Virus record (IMG/VR): IMGVR_UViG_3300032007_000195
Strand: one strand, 5' to 3'
Length of the DNA: 39,258 bases
Source of the DNA: a virus
The notes under the pieces are model-generated. The model did no database searches, had not been told where the DNA came from, and worked only from the letters and a program-made list of their open reading frames with translations. Below are positions 16,015 to 23,890 of the stretch, piece by piece; within the stretch, counting starts at the first letter, position 1, and each line of letters opens with the position of its first letter. The position numbers and the translations under genes were made by a program.

Positions 16015-16701
16015 TTAAAACTTGTATTTCATTCTCATGAGCTGGAGCTCGCGGTGGCGTGCGGCCTGTGCTTCCAGCATCTTCTCCTCTTCCTCGCGCT
16101 TGTGTTTTTCGGCATCATCTGCCTCACGTTTGCCTTCCGGCGTCAGCTTGTCCATCTCGCGGGCATTGACACTTGTCTGCTTGTATGCAGGGTCCATGCC
16201 AATGGTAATGGCTGACAAGAACTCGAAGCTCTTGTGTCGGATAATTACCTCATCCTTACCGTCTGCTGCCTTCGTACGCTCTACCTCGTAGTCCTTAGGA
16301 TAGAATTCGAACGAGCAACCCGAGTAATCGCCACGGCGCACCATCTCCAGGCAGCGGTCGCCAATGTCGCACTTGGGGGCCTCAAATTCGAATGTTACAC
16401 CCTGCTCGTCTACTGCCATACGCAATGAGCCTACGCCCTTATTGCATCGAGCCAATGTCAGTTCCCGCTCATGCAGCATGTTCATCTTCACATCTTGCGT
16501 GTTGAGGAATTCCATTGTGACAGCTTCAGGCAGAATCACTTCACGGAATCTCTCACCCCAATCATCGATAACCTCCGACTCAGCATTGAACACGATGGCT
16601 CTGCCGGTGATTGTGCGAGAGTCGCCCTCCTGACTGCCCGACGCTTCTCTAATGGCCAACTTGCAGTCAATGGTTCTGATTTCTCTTTTCTTTGCATCCA
16701 T
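16015..16701 (-). CDS. Prohead maturation protease (HK97/S78-like) with a coiled-coil C-terminus
   Basis: 228 aa. ...GRAIVFNAESEVI...ERFREVILPEAV...MLHERE...GDYSGCSFEF. The gene lies between portal and MCP. Confidence 0.75.
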   Translation of the reverse strand: MDAKKREIRTIDCKLAIREASGSQEGDSRTITGRAIVFNAESEVIDDWGERFREVILPEAVTMEFLNTQDVKMNMLHERELTLARCNKGVGSLRMAVDEQGVTFEFEAPKCDIGDRCLEMVRRGDYSGCSFEFYPKDYEVERTKAADGKDEVIIRHKSFEFLSAITIGMDPAYKQTSVNAREMDKLTPEGKREADDAEKHKREEEEKMLEAQAARHRELQLMRMKYKF

Positions 16702-16731
16702 ATCTCTCTTTTGAATTGGTTCTGTAAATCG

Positions 16732-18045
16732 TTATTTCTTAGGTTCTGGGTTTACCGTTGTAGGTCTGCCGCCAGAGTTTGACTCTTTTAATTTGGGGCT
16801 ACCTACCACACCAAGATTCATGCTCACATAGTGGTCGTCTCCGTCCTTGATATTGGGCAGATCGTACTGGCTGCGAATCTCGTTCACACTCCAACCGCTC
16901 TCCAAGTGCAGCTTGTCTATCTCTGCCTGGCCCTTCGCGTCGAGACGCTTCAATGCGAGCTCACAGACATGGATTCTCCTCTTTCCGAAATCCAATGGGG
17001 CAAGGAGCTTGCTGTTCAACTCGTCTTCATGTTCACGGATGCGGGGTTGAATAGTTCGCAGCAAGAATTCCTGCGTGGCATGCTCCGGCATTCGGTAATT
17101 GCCGCCACCGTCGCCAACAATGGCTATAATCTTGGGAACTCCCATCAGTCTGCATATTGCCTCGTCGCTATATCCTCTCTGTTCCAGGAGCTGGAGCTGC
17201 TGGGCAGTCTGGCTGATGATCTTCGCATCAGCCACATTGTCGAGGATAGCCACATCGTTGTTAATCCAGTCCTGCGCGAACTTATTACCAGCGTCTCTTA
17301 GTTCCTGTTGGTCGACACGGCCGCGAGTGCCAAATGTGGGGCTCTTCTGTTCTTGAACGAGAATCTTATGCTTACCGCCTTTTGCCATATCCTGGAGAGC
17401 CTGTTCGTCGCCAGTTGCAGCTATGGTTAAAGTCTTAAAGGCGTAGTCGATGGTTGGAATACCTTTGTACATTCCGTCATCCATGAACACATTTTTGAAA
17501 TGCAGAACATCCTCTGGTTGCGCAATCATATTGAAGCGAGGGCCATAGTTGGTATTGTACACCAAGTTGTAGGTATTATTCAGCTCGTTGTATCCGCCAC
17601 CTGTACACAGCCACAGGTTCTTAGGGTAGCCGTCGGCACCACGTTCGATGTACACATAGGCATTGCCGTAGTATATCTTATGCCACTCGATCTGTTCCTG
17701 CATCTGGCTTGCCGTCATGATAGGATTAGGGCGCACCTGCAACATGTAGTTCAGGATGCCGTTCTTGCCGTACCTGTCCTCAATGAAGTTGCCACCCTCT
17801 CCGTTCATTCGCTGATATTGCACAACCATCTGCCCCATCGTTTGCATGATCAGAGTCACACAGCGTGTCCAAGTTGGGATGAGAAGAGAGCTGCGACCAT
17901 AAGGCTTCACGATGTTGGCATCATAGTCGCCACCCTTCGGTGCGTGGTTGCTGGGGTCGTTGGGGTCCGTTGTCTTGGGAACTCCAGGCACAGTAACCTC
18001 TCGCTTGCCAAAGGCATGAACAATATTTGCAAAGAAATTATCCAT
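16732..18045 (-). CDS. Portal protein (HK97-family-like)
   Basis: 437 aa. Size and position are typical, upstream of protease and MCP. Confidence 0.8.
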   Translation of the reverse strand: MDNFFANIVHAFGKREVTVPGVPKTTDPNDPSNHAPKGGDYDANIVKPYGRSSLLIPTWTRCVTLIMQTMGQMVVQYQRMNGEGGNFIEDRYGKNGILNYMLQVRPNPIMTASQMQEQIEWHKIYYGNAYVYIERGADGYPKNLWLCTGGGYNELNNTYNLVYNTNYGPRFNMIAQPEDVLHFKNVFMDDGMYKGIPTIDYAFKTLTIAATGDEQALQDMAKGGKHKILVQEQKSPTFGTRGRVDQQELRDAGNKFAQDWINNDVAILDNVADAKIISQTAQQLQLLEQRGYSDEAICRLMGVPKIIAIVGDGGGNYRMPEHATQEFLLRTIQPRIREHEDELNSKLLAPLDFGKRRIHVCELALKRLDAKGQAEIDKLHLESGWSVNEIRSQYDLPNIKDGDDHYVSMNLGVVGSPKLKESNSGGRPTTVNPEPKK

Positions 18046-18087
18046 AGTTATTTCCGTTTTCTAATCCGTTAATTCGCCGGTATGGGT

Positions 18088-19518
18088 TTACCGCTCACTG
18101 GTAATGGTTACCGGAACCTGTTCGGCATCGGGGAACTGCCAGTCTATCCATGCACTGATAATGCGCTCTCCCAGCTCCCCGCCGATGCGGTATTGGTATT
18201 CCGGAGTCCACACGGGGTCTTCGCCGACGTGGTACTTCTTAGGGTCTGCTGCGATGCGTCCTTCAATGTCCTTGCCAACTTTCTTTACCTGACGCTTCAG
18301 TAAGTCGGATATGAGCTTCATCATCTCGCGGAACTTGTCACTTGGCATCACGAACATGGAGTAAGGGTGCAGCGTGTGACTTTCGAGGGCCTGATGCCAT
18401 GCCTTGCTGAATTCCTTGTGGTGGGTATCGATGATGTCTGTCAGAATGTCGAGGTCTTCCACATTGCTGAAGCTGTCGTATTGGTCGCGCATTGTCATGT
18501 CGCCAAGCTGTAGGTTCTGACTGACCATTACCTTGCCGTCCAACTCTGGCACATTATCCATCCAGTGGAAATATTTACGCCAACCGCAGAAGCCTATTGT
18601 CTTGTGGAGAGTCTTCTTTGCTGCGATGCGTTGGTAGGTTAGAATCTCTGAGTAGAATAGTCCCTTCAATCCGTCTGGTGCCATATCGCCATCAGTCTTT
18701 CGAGCATCCACTATCTCGTACACCTTATTGTGTACAGGGCAGTCGAAGTCCTTGTGTGCACAGATATAGATTTTAGCATCCTTATTCTCGGGTGTATACC
18801 ACAAGTCCTTCCGCTCTTCCAACCAAGCCTTCTGATTTTCCACGTCGTCCTTGCGCCATGAGCCACCGACATAGTGGTCGAAGTAGCTGAAGAGGTCTGG
18901 GTATAGCTTGGCATGGAGCGCAGGCTTTGTCTTGATGATGTCATCCAGGAGGCAGGCACCTGCGTCCCAATAATTATGTTCGGTGTCGTTGATGTCGGGG
19001 TATAGATTCCAGCATCGCTCGGGATCGAAGTAGCGAGCTCCGTTGGCCACCAACAATGGAACATTCATATAACAGAGGAACGGGTAAAGCCGGTCATGTT
19101 CCTGGCGACGACCTCTGAACCATTCGCCGCGACCAGTTGCGGCGTATTTCTCATCCCAGAGGAAGTCTATGTTCTTGCGAATCAAGACATCACTTTCCAT
19201 CAGGATGAAACCTTCGGGTATCAACTCCCACAACTTCTGTACGGTCAGGATGTGCTTGAAGCTGCCGTCGTTGCTGGCGATTCCCAACTGTATGTTGCGG
19301 TTGGGGTACTTAGCCAGCTCCGCCTCGAAGTCTATAATCTTGCCTTTGGTGTTGTCGATAACACGCACGCCATCCATCTTCACCTTGAATGGCCGCTTGG
19401 TGCTATTATCGAACACTACAATATCGTAGTTCACCTTCGTATGCTTGCGCAAGCTCTTGATTCCCGCCTCTGTCAGTTCGGGCGTGTTAAAATGCACGAT
19501 TGCTACCGTTTTCTTCAT
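18088..19518 (-). CDS. Two-domain glycosyltransferase fusion: N-terminal GT2-like (GT-A) plus C-terminal DUF4422-like
   Basis: N-terminus VAIVHFNTPELTEAGIKSLRKH...DIVVFDNS is the GT2 signature. The C-terminal half KIYICAHKDFD...LFYSEILTYQRI...GFCGWRKYF resembles DUF4422. Confidence 0.6.
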   Translation of the reverse strand: MKKTVAIVHFNTPELTEAGIKSLRKHTKVNYDIVVFDNSTKRPFKVKMDGVRVIDNTKGKIIDFEAELAKYPNRNIQLGIASNDGSFKHILTVQKLWELIPEGFILMESDVLIRKNIDFLWDEKYAATGRGEWFRGRRQEHDRLYPFLCYMNVPLLVANGARYFDPERCWNLYPDINDTEHNYWDAGACLLDDIIKTKPALHAKLYPDLFSYFDHYVGGSWRKDDVENQKAWLEERKDLWYTPENKDAKIYICAHKDFDCPVHNKVYEIVDARKTDGDMAPDGLKGLFYSEILTYQRIAAKKTLHKTIGFCGWRKYFHWMDNVPELDGKVMVSQNLQLGDMTMRDQYDSFSNVEDLDILTDIIDTHHKEFSKAWHQALESHTLHPYSMFVMPSDKFREMMKLISDLLKRQVKKVGKDIEGRIAADPKKYHVGEDPVWTPEYQYRIGGELGERIISAWIDWQFPDAEQVPVTITSER

Positions 19519-19524
19519 AGTTTG

Positions 19525-19911
19525 TTATTTTTTTTTAAATTCGTTCTTGTCGTCGTTGATAAGGAGCTGCATATTGAACTGCAAGGTATTGGCCTGCTTA
19601 TCCGGATGGAAGGTCTCGGGCATGATCTGATATGTCTGGCCCCGAAACACGATGCGGCTTCGAATATTAATCTGATTCGTCCAATTCATACGAACAAGCT
19701 CCACTCCGTAGGCATCAACAGCTCCGGCATTAAGAGCCGTCTTTCCTCTTGCCCATCCAACGTCAGCCCACAGGCTTGTTGTCTCTTCCCACTCAGCCCC
19801 AGAGCTGTCCACTCCATACTTACCGATCTTCGCCGCCTTGCGGTTCAGAACGATAATTCTGTATTTTCTCATTCCTGCTGAAAATCCCATAATTCTCTCT
19901 TTCTTAATCAC
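19525..19911 (-). CDS. Head-tail adaptor / head-closure protein (SPP1 gp16 / Phage_H_T_join-like)
   Basis: ...RIIVLNRK...WEETTSLWADV...VRMNWTNQINIRSRIVFRGQTYQI fits the typical pattern. The true start may be the internal ATG at 19890. Confidence 0.55.
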   Translation of the reverse strand: MIKKERIMGFSAGMRKYRIIVLNRKAAKIGKYGVDSSGAEWEETTSLWADVGWARGKTALNAGAVDAYGVELVRMNWTNQINIRSRIVFRGQTYQIMPETFHPDKQANTLQFNMQLLINDDKNEFKKK

Positions 19912-20174
19912 TTAAAGCAGAGTTATGGGTTTACCGAAAAAAAAATTCTGGAAGTTGGAGCCACGGCGATGGCGGCCTTTGAGTTTAGTGGCGAATCAAT
20001 ACAATTATGCTGGCCTTAAAGTGGAATACACAGGCAGTATGACACTGGGTCTGAATACGACATGGGATGACGCATTCCAGGGAACGCGGTAAGGCTATTA
20101 GATATGGAATAATACCAAACTATTAAGAAGTATTAGGATTTCGGCCAAAAGTATTATGCAACTATTATTAACAC

Positions 20175-20199
20175 AAAAAAGGGGAGGCGGCGACCTCCC
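20175..20199 (-). terminator. Intrinsic terminator ending the fibre/DGR transcription unit
   Basis: Minus strand reads GGGAGG-TCGCCG-CCTCCC, then C TTTTTT. Confidence 0.6.
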
Positions 20200-20342
20200 A
20201 TCTTTCCTTCTTCTTACTTACATCAAAAACTTACACCCCTTTCAGTCCCCAAAATTACAAAATTTGCAAGACAAATCGGCTGAATGTTAGAACTATTTAA
20301 CAACAATCATTTGATTTTATGATTCTTTAATAAATGTGGGCG

Positions 20343-20606
20343 TTATACACCATCTTCGAACGAAGGTTTAGTGTCTTCTTTTGGCTCAATGGCTTCGAGG
20401 CGGGCGATTTCTGTCTGTGCAGCGTTGATGTCGTCGCGCCATTGCTGACGATCTGCTATCTTGTCGGCATACTCCTCCTTGGTGGCTGCACCCTCTGCTA
20501 TCTTGGCAGCGATATAGTCGGTACTTGATAGCCTTGCCTCTCTGTCGAGGATAATTGTCTGCTGAGCATTGATGAGCTCAATGATTTCTGACTTTTTCAT
20601 TTCCAT
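20343..20606 (-). CDS. Hypothetical coiled-coil protein (87 aa), weakly like a tail-fibre-assembly protein
   Basis: The start overlaps the RT stop (ATGGAAATGA). ...STDYIAAKIAEG...EYADKIADRQQWRDDIN resembles tail fibre assembly / XkdW-type motifs. The similarity is weak. Confidence 0.5.
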   Translation of the reverse strand: MEMKKSEIIELINAQQTIILDREARLSSTDYIAAKIAEGAATKEEYADKIADRQQWRDDINAAQTEIARLEAIEPKEDTKPSFEDGV

Positions 20607-21832
20607 TTCAGTTTTAATTTGTACTTCTTGTTTAATCTCTGGCGAAGTCCGTACTGAGGTTTACTGACTATACACTGACGGCGTTGGTCCCAATCCAACC
20701 ACTGCCACCACTCCTCGCCGATGGTGGCTTTCAGTTGCATAATGCGCTTGTAGGATGTGCGGTTCTTCAGTAGTCCTGTGTATGAGTTGACGGTTGAAAT
20801 AAAACGGTCGAGCTCTCTGTATTTCTCGACCTCGGCAAGTTGGTTGTATTCGTGTATTCTGGCGATACATCGAGACCATGTGGCATCATTCAATATAATG
20901 CTCCACGGGTGTATATGACTGCCCAGAAATTCAAGGCCCTTCCAATGTTGCTGACAATAAAATTTCCTATCGTTCATCTTTACGCCCTTTGCAGCCAGTC
21001 TCCTGCGCAGTTCGGGCAGTAGACTGAGGGCGTAGGCTTTCAGTTGGTCTGATACCACCATTGTCCCGTCATCCATAAATACCGTGGTGCGGATTCCACA
21101 CTCGTTATTCAGCCACGCCACCTCGTCGTTGATATACAATCCCATTCCTGTCTGTGATGTCATGCGGCCGATAGGCACTCCTATGCCGTCTGGCTTATTC
21201 AAGATTGATTTCTCCGGCTTTATATGCCGCTCCCATAGGTATTTCGGTGTGCGTCTTTCGTAATGCTTTGCAGGACAGCAATGGATAGTGACCATTGACA
21301 ACCACTTTAGAAACGACGGCATCCACTCGCCGTACTGCGCGGCTATTTCGTCCTGATAATTGTCAATAACGCGGTCGAATTCATACTCCATGTAGGTGCA
21401 GTCAGCATTCGGAAAGAATCCCGCTAAGTCCCACTTGATTATCCATGCCGTCTGCGTGTAACCTTGCGAAACCTCGAATATATCTTCTATCACCTGATTT
21501 ATTGCCGCTTGCGAGCCCATACCTTCGCGGTTGTTGAATGTACGAGGGTGCAGTGTCCGCTCGATATACGGCTTCAATGTGTCGCATAATAAATGGTCGG
21601 CTAACCGACCAGCGAACTCTGTTGCGAATATCTCGCGCCATTTAGGTATGGAAGTAAGGAAGGTGTAGTTGTGGAGTATGCGGAATGTTCTTTCCGTGAG
21701 CTCGTACATCATACGAACAAGCAGCGGTGGCCAATTTACTTCAAAGGCCATTGAGTCGCGCCCGTAACGCTTGTTTCTCCTGGTGGAGAACATCAGGTCG
21801 AGCAACATCGAAAAGAACGATACATCAGTCAT
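20597..21832 (-). CDS. DGR reverse transcriptase
   Basis: IKWDLAGFFPN (motif with catalytic D), GVPIGRMTSQ (the DGR hallmark IGxxxSQ) and VFMDDGTMV (YxDD box). The gene lies directly 3' of the TR. I placed the start at MTDVSFF (21832), because the track's extension overlaps the TR. Confidence 0.88.
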   Translation of the reverse strand: MTDVSFFSMLLDLMFSTRRNKRYGRDSMAFEVNWPPLLVRMMYELTERTFRILHNYTFLTSIPKWREIFATEFAGRLADHLLCDTLKPYIERTLHPRTFNNREGMGSQAAINQVIEDIFEVSQGYTQTAWIIKWDLAGFFPNADCTYMEYEFDRVIDNYQDEIAAQYGEWMPSFLKWLSMVTIHCCPAKHYERRTPKYLWERHIKPEKSILNKPDGIGVPIGRMTSQTGMGLYINDEVAWLNNECGIRTTVFMDDGTMVVSDQLKAYALSLLPELRRRLAAKGVKMNDRKFYCQQHWKGLEFLGSHIHPWSIILNDATWSRCIARIHEYNQLAEVEKYRELDRFISTVNSYTGLLKNRTSYKRIMQLKATIGEEWWQWLDWDQRRQCIVSKPQYGLRQRLNKKYKLKLKWK

Positions 21833-21863
21833 AGATAAAAGCGCAATACAGCGAATACAGGTA

Positions 21864-21988
21864 AAATCGCGACCGCCTGACAACGATTCGCGTTATTGAC
21901 GTTGTTGTTGTTGAGTTTGCCGTTGTTGCCGTTGAAGATCCAAGCGTTGTTGACGTTGTACCTCTGGGCAAACCACCGGTTCGTACTG
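21864..21988 (-). repeat. DGR template repeat (TR)
   Basis: About 125 nt, homologous to 22565-22688 and 37874-37998. On the minus strand it is rich in AAC codons (...AACAACAACAACGTCAATAAC...). All differences from both VRs are at TR adenines. Confidence 0.9.
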
Positions 21989-22067
21989 GTCGGAGCCGCA
22001 TCTTGTGCTGCTATACATGATAGCCGGACTCCCTTTTACCCTATTCATATCTGACAGCCACCTCTTG

Positions 22068-22484
22068 TCATTGCTGACCGACCTGCGGCTGCTCCTGACG
22101 TTTAAGCGACCGTGCCACATTTCTCCACTTCCTGACACCTTCCTCTATTCTTTCTAACTGCATAGCGATACTCAGTTTATCCTTATCTGTCAGGAGCCCT
22201 TGTACAATACAAAGCTCGAAGTTTGCCAACAATATACCGAACTCACCAAACATTTCGCGGATGCGCTCCTGTCGTACTTCCTGGCACTCCTTGGCGATGG
22301 CAAAGTGGCGTATGATGTTCTGCACCGCCCGCTTCATCTCTACCGGCGCACCTTCGATACGATCTATCTTTGGCATCCGCTGAATGGCTGGGTGCAGGAT
22401 ATAAAGCAGGTTCTTTGCGTCGGCCAGAATCGAGTCTTTGTCGTTGTGCGCCTTATGCCCGCGTGGTTTCTTGTGTTCGTTCAT
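22068..22484 (-). CDS. avd: DGR accessory variability determinant (Avd-like four-helix-bundle protein)
   Basis: 138 aa, basic and helical. ...RMPKIDRIEGAPVEMKRAVQNIIRHFAIA resembles the fPK.eRy.L motif of Avd / 23S-IVS proteins. The gene sits between the target and the TR. Confidence 0.7.
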   Translation of the reverse strand: MNEHKKPRGHKAHNDKDSILADAKNLLYILHPAIQRMPKIDRIEGAPVEMKRAVQNIIRHFAIAKECQEVRQERIREMFGEFGILLANFELCIVQGLLTDKDKLSIAMQLERIEEGVRKWRNVARSLKRQEQPQVGQQ

Positions 22485-22506
22485 TATTTACTTGAAGTAC
22501 AAGGGC

Positions 22507-22535
22507 CTCACGTCACGCTTTTGCGATGACGTGAG
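22507..22535 (-). promoter_or_regulatory. Hairpin/cruciform about 30 nt 3' of VR1 (DGR target-recognition element)
   Basis: Minus strand reads CTCACGTCA-T-CGC-AAAA-GCG-TGACGTGAG: a 9-bp stem, a 1-nt bulge, a 3-bp stem and a tetraloop. Confidence 0.6.
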
Positions 22536-22550
22536 AGCCTATATTAAGAG

Positions 22551-23870
22551 TTAATCAATTTTCAAAAGCGCGACCGCCTGACAACGAAGCGCGTAATAGA
22601 CGTAGCTGGCGTAGAGTTTGCCGTTGAGGCCGTTGAAGAACCAAGCGTTGTAGACGTTGTACCTCTGGGCAAACCACCGGTACGTACTATTGTTAATTGC
22701 GGTAGTTCCCATCTTGGTGACTGATGGCGCGAGAGTGTCGATGCAATCGTCTTTCATCAGCTCAGTGCCCTCCAATACGCCTGGCAAATGGAAATCGCCC
22801 GCATTCAGTCCCACAACACCATACGAGCGGTTGTAGCCGTAGTTTAGTGCAGGGAATTTGGCCTTTGTGCCGCCGTCCTTGGTCGGAGCCGTCTTGTTTG
22901 CATACAGCCTACCAAGCTCTGCACCGTCTGGCAGCGAGAAGCAGCCATACTTCTGCGGACATACGACCATGTAGCACTTCTCCAGATACTCCTCGTAGGT
23001 CTTGTAGGCGGAGCGAAGGTCGGCACAATACTCTGATGTCTCGAATGCAGACGGACGCACTGGTTCGCTGTTACCGGCCTGCGGTCCTACTGGCTCGTTG
23101 GCTGACGGCACACGAGCGTTATTGGTTGCCCACGCTTTTGTGCGATCAATGTTCATCACGCCCCAATAGTTAGTGTAGAAGCCACGCTCTCCGCGCCAGT
23201 AGGCAGAGTTCTCTGGCATGGTGCCCCAAGTGATGTGCGCGATGGTACATCCAGTCGCGCTGACGTTGTAGAAACGATAGTCTACGCAGGTGTCACACTG
23301 AATGATGATTTGCGTGCCGCCACTTTCCACCTTGTTGCCCTCGGCATCTGCCAGGTAAGCCCACCATGCCTTAGTATCTCCAACCTCTGCTGCCTTTGCT
23401 TCCACGGCAGCGGAAATCTCGGCAGCACTCGTCGCGTCGATGGTGGCAGATGTCAGCGTCACGTCCACGGTGGTGTCAACGGAATAGTCTGGACTCATGC
23501 GCAGTTTAATAGCCAGCGTGGCGCTACTGATGGCAGTGATGGCATACTGGCATACGTCGAGATATTTCAGGTCGGCTGTGTTCTTGTCAATCACGCCCAC
23601 CTGACGACCTTTACGCAGATAGACGTATCCAACATGCACCCATGCGCTGGGGATGATAGCTTTTTGAATCCATGAGCCGCCCTTAACGTAGGCGACTTCG
23701 TTAGACTCGTTCAGGAACACCAGGTCGCCAACTGCGGGGCTTGTCGTGATGACGTTAACACCGTCAACTATAATCTCGCGTGTAGTCTCTATCAGGGATA
23801 CCTGACTCTCTATGGTTGGCTTAACTGCTGCATCGTATGCAGTCTTGTTAGCATAAGATTTTATTGCCAT
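22551..23870 (-). CDS. DGR target protein 1: tail-fibre-module protein with a C-terminal lectin-like (DUF1566/CLec-type) variable domain
   Basis: 439 aa. The C-terminus ...STYRWFAQRYNVYNAWFFNGLNGKLYASYVYYALRCQAVALLKID is encoded by VR1. The gene follows the tail fibre gene. Confidence 0.85.
   Translation of the reverse strand: MAIKSYANKTAYDAAVKPTIESQVSLIETTREIIVDGVNVITTSPAVGDLVFLNESNEVAYVKGGSWIQKAIIPSAWVHVGYVYLRKGRQVGVIDKNTADLKYLDVCQYAITAISSATLAIKLRMSPDYSVDTTVDVTLTSATIDATSAAEISAAVEAKAAEVGDTKAWWAYLADAEGNKVESGGTQIIIQCDTCVDYRFYNVSATGCTIAHITWGTMPENSAYWRGERGFYTNYWGVMNIDRTKAWATNNARVPSANEPVGPQAGNSEPVRPSAFETSEYCADLRSAYKTYEEYLEKCYMVVCPQKYGCFSLPDGAELGRLYANKTAPTKDGGTKAKFPALNYGYNRSYGVVGLNAGDFHLPGVLEGTELMKDDCIDTLAPSVTKMGTTAINNSTYRWFAQRYNVYNAWFFNGLNGKLYASYVYYALRCQAVALLKID
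22565..22688 (-). repeat. DGR variable repeat 1 (VR1)
   Basis: Hand alignment to the TR at an offset of 701 nt shows about 15 mismatches, all at TR plus-strand T (coding-strand A). Confidence 0.88.
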
Positions 23871-23890
23871 AATTTTCTCCTTTCCTATTG

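Noticed and set aside
19096-19881. 261-aa plus-strand ORF
   Set aside because: It is antisense to the glycosyltransferase and adaptor genes and spans their intergenic gap. Shadow ORF.
21833-21883. N-terminal extension of the RT ORF (track start 21883)
   Set aside because: The extension overlaps the 3' end of the TR and begins at a non-ATG codon. The first ATG (21832, MTDVSFF...) is the more plausible start.
21893-22138. 81-aa minus-strand ORF ending in a Gln/Arg repeat (QRQQRLDLQRQQRQTQQQQRQ)
   Set aside because: It is an out-of-frame reading through the AAC-rich DGR template repeat and the avd 3' end. The TR is a noncoding RNA template.
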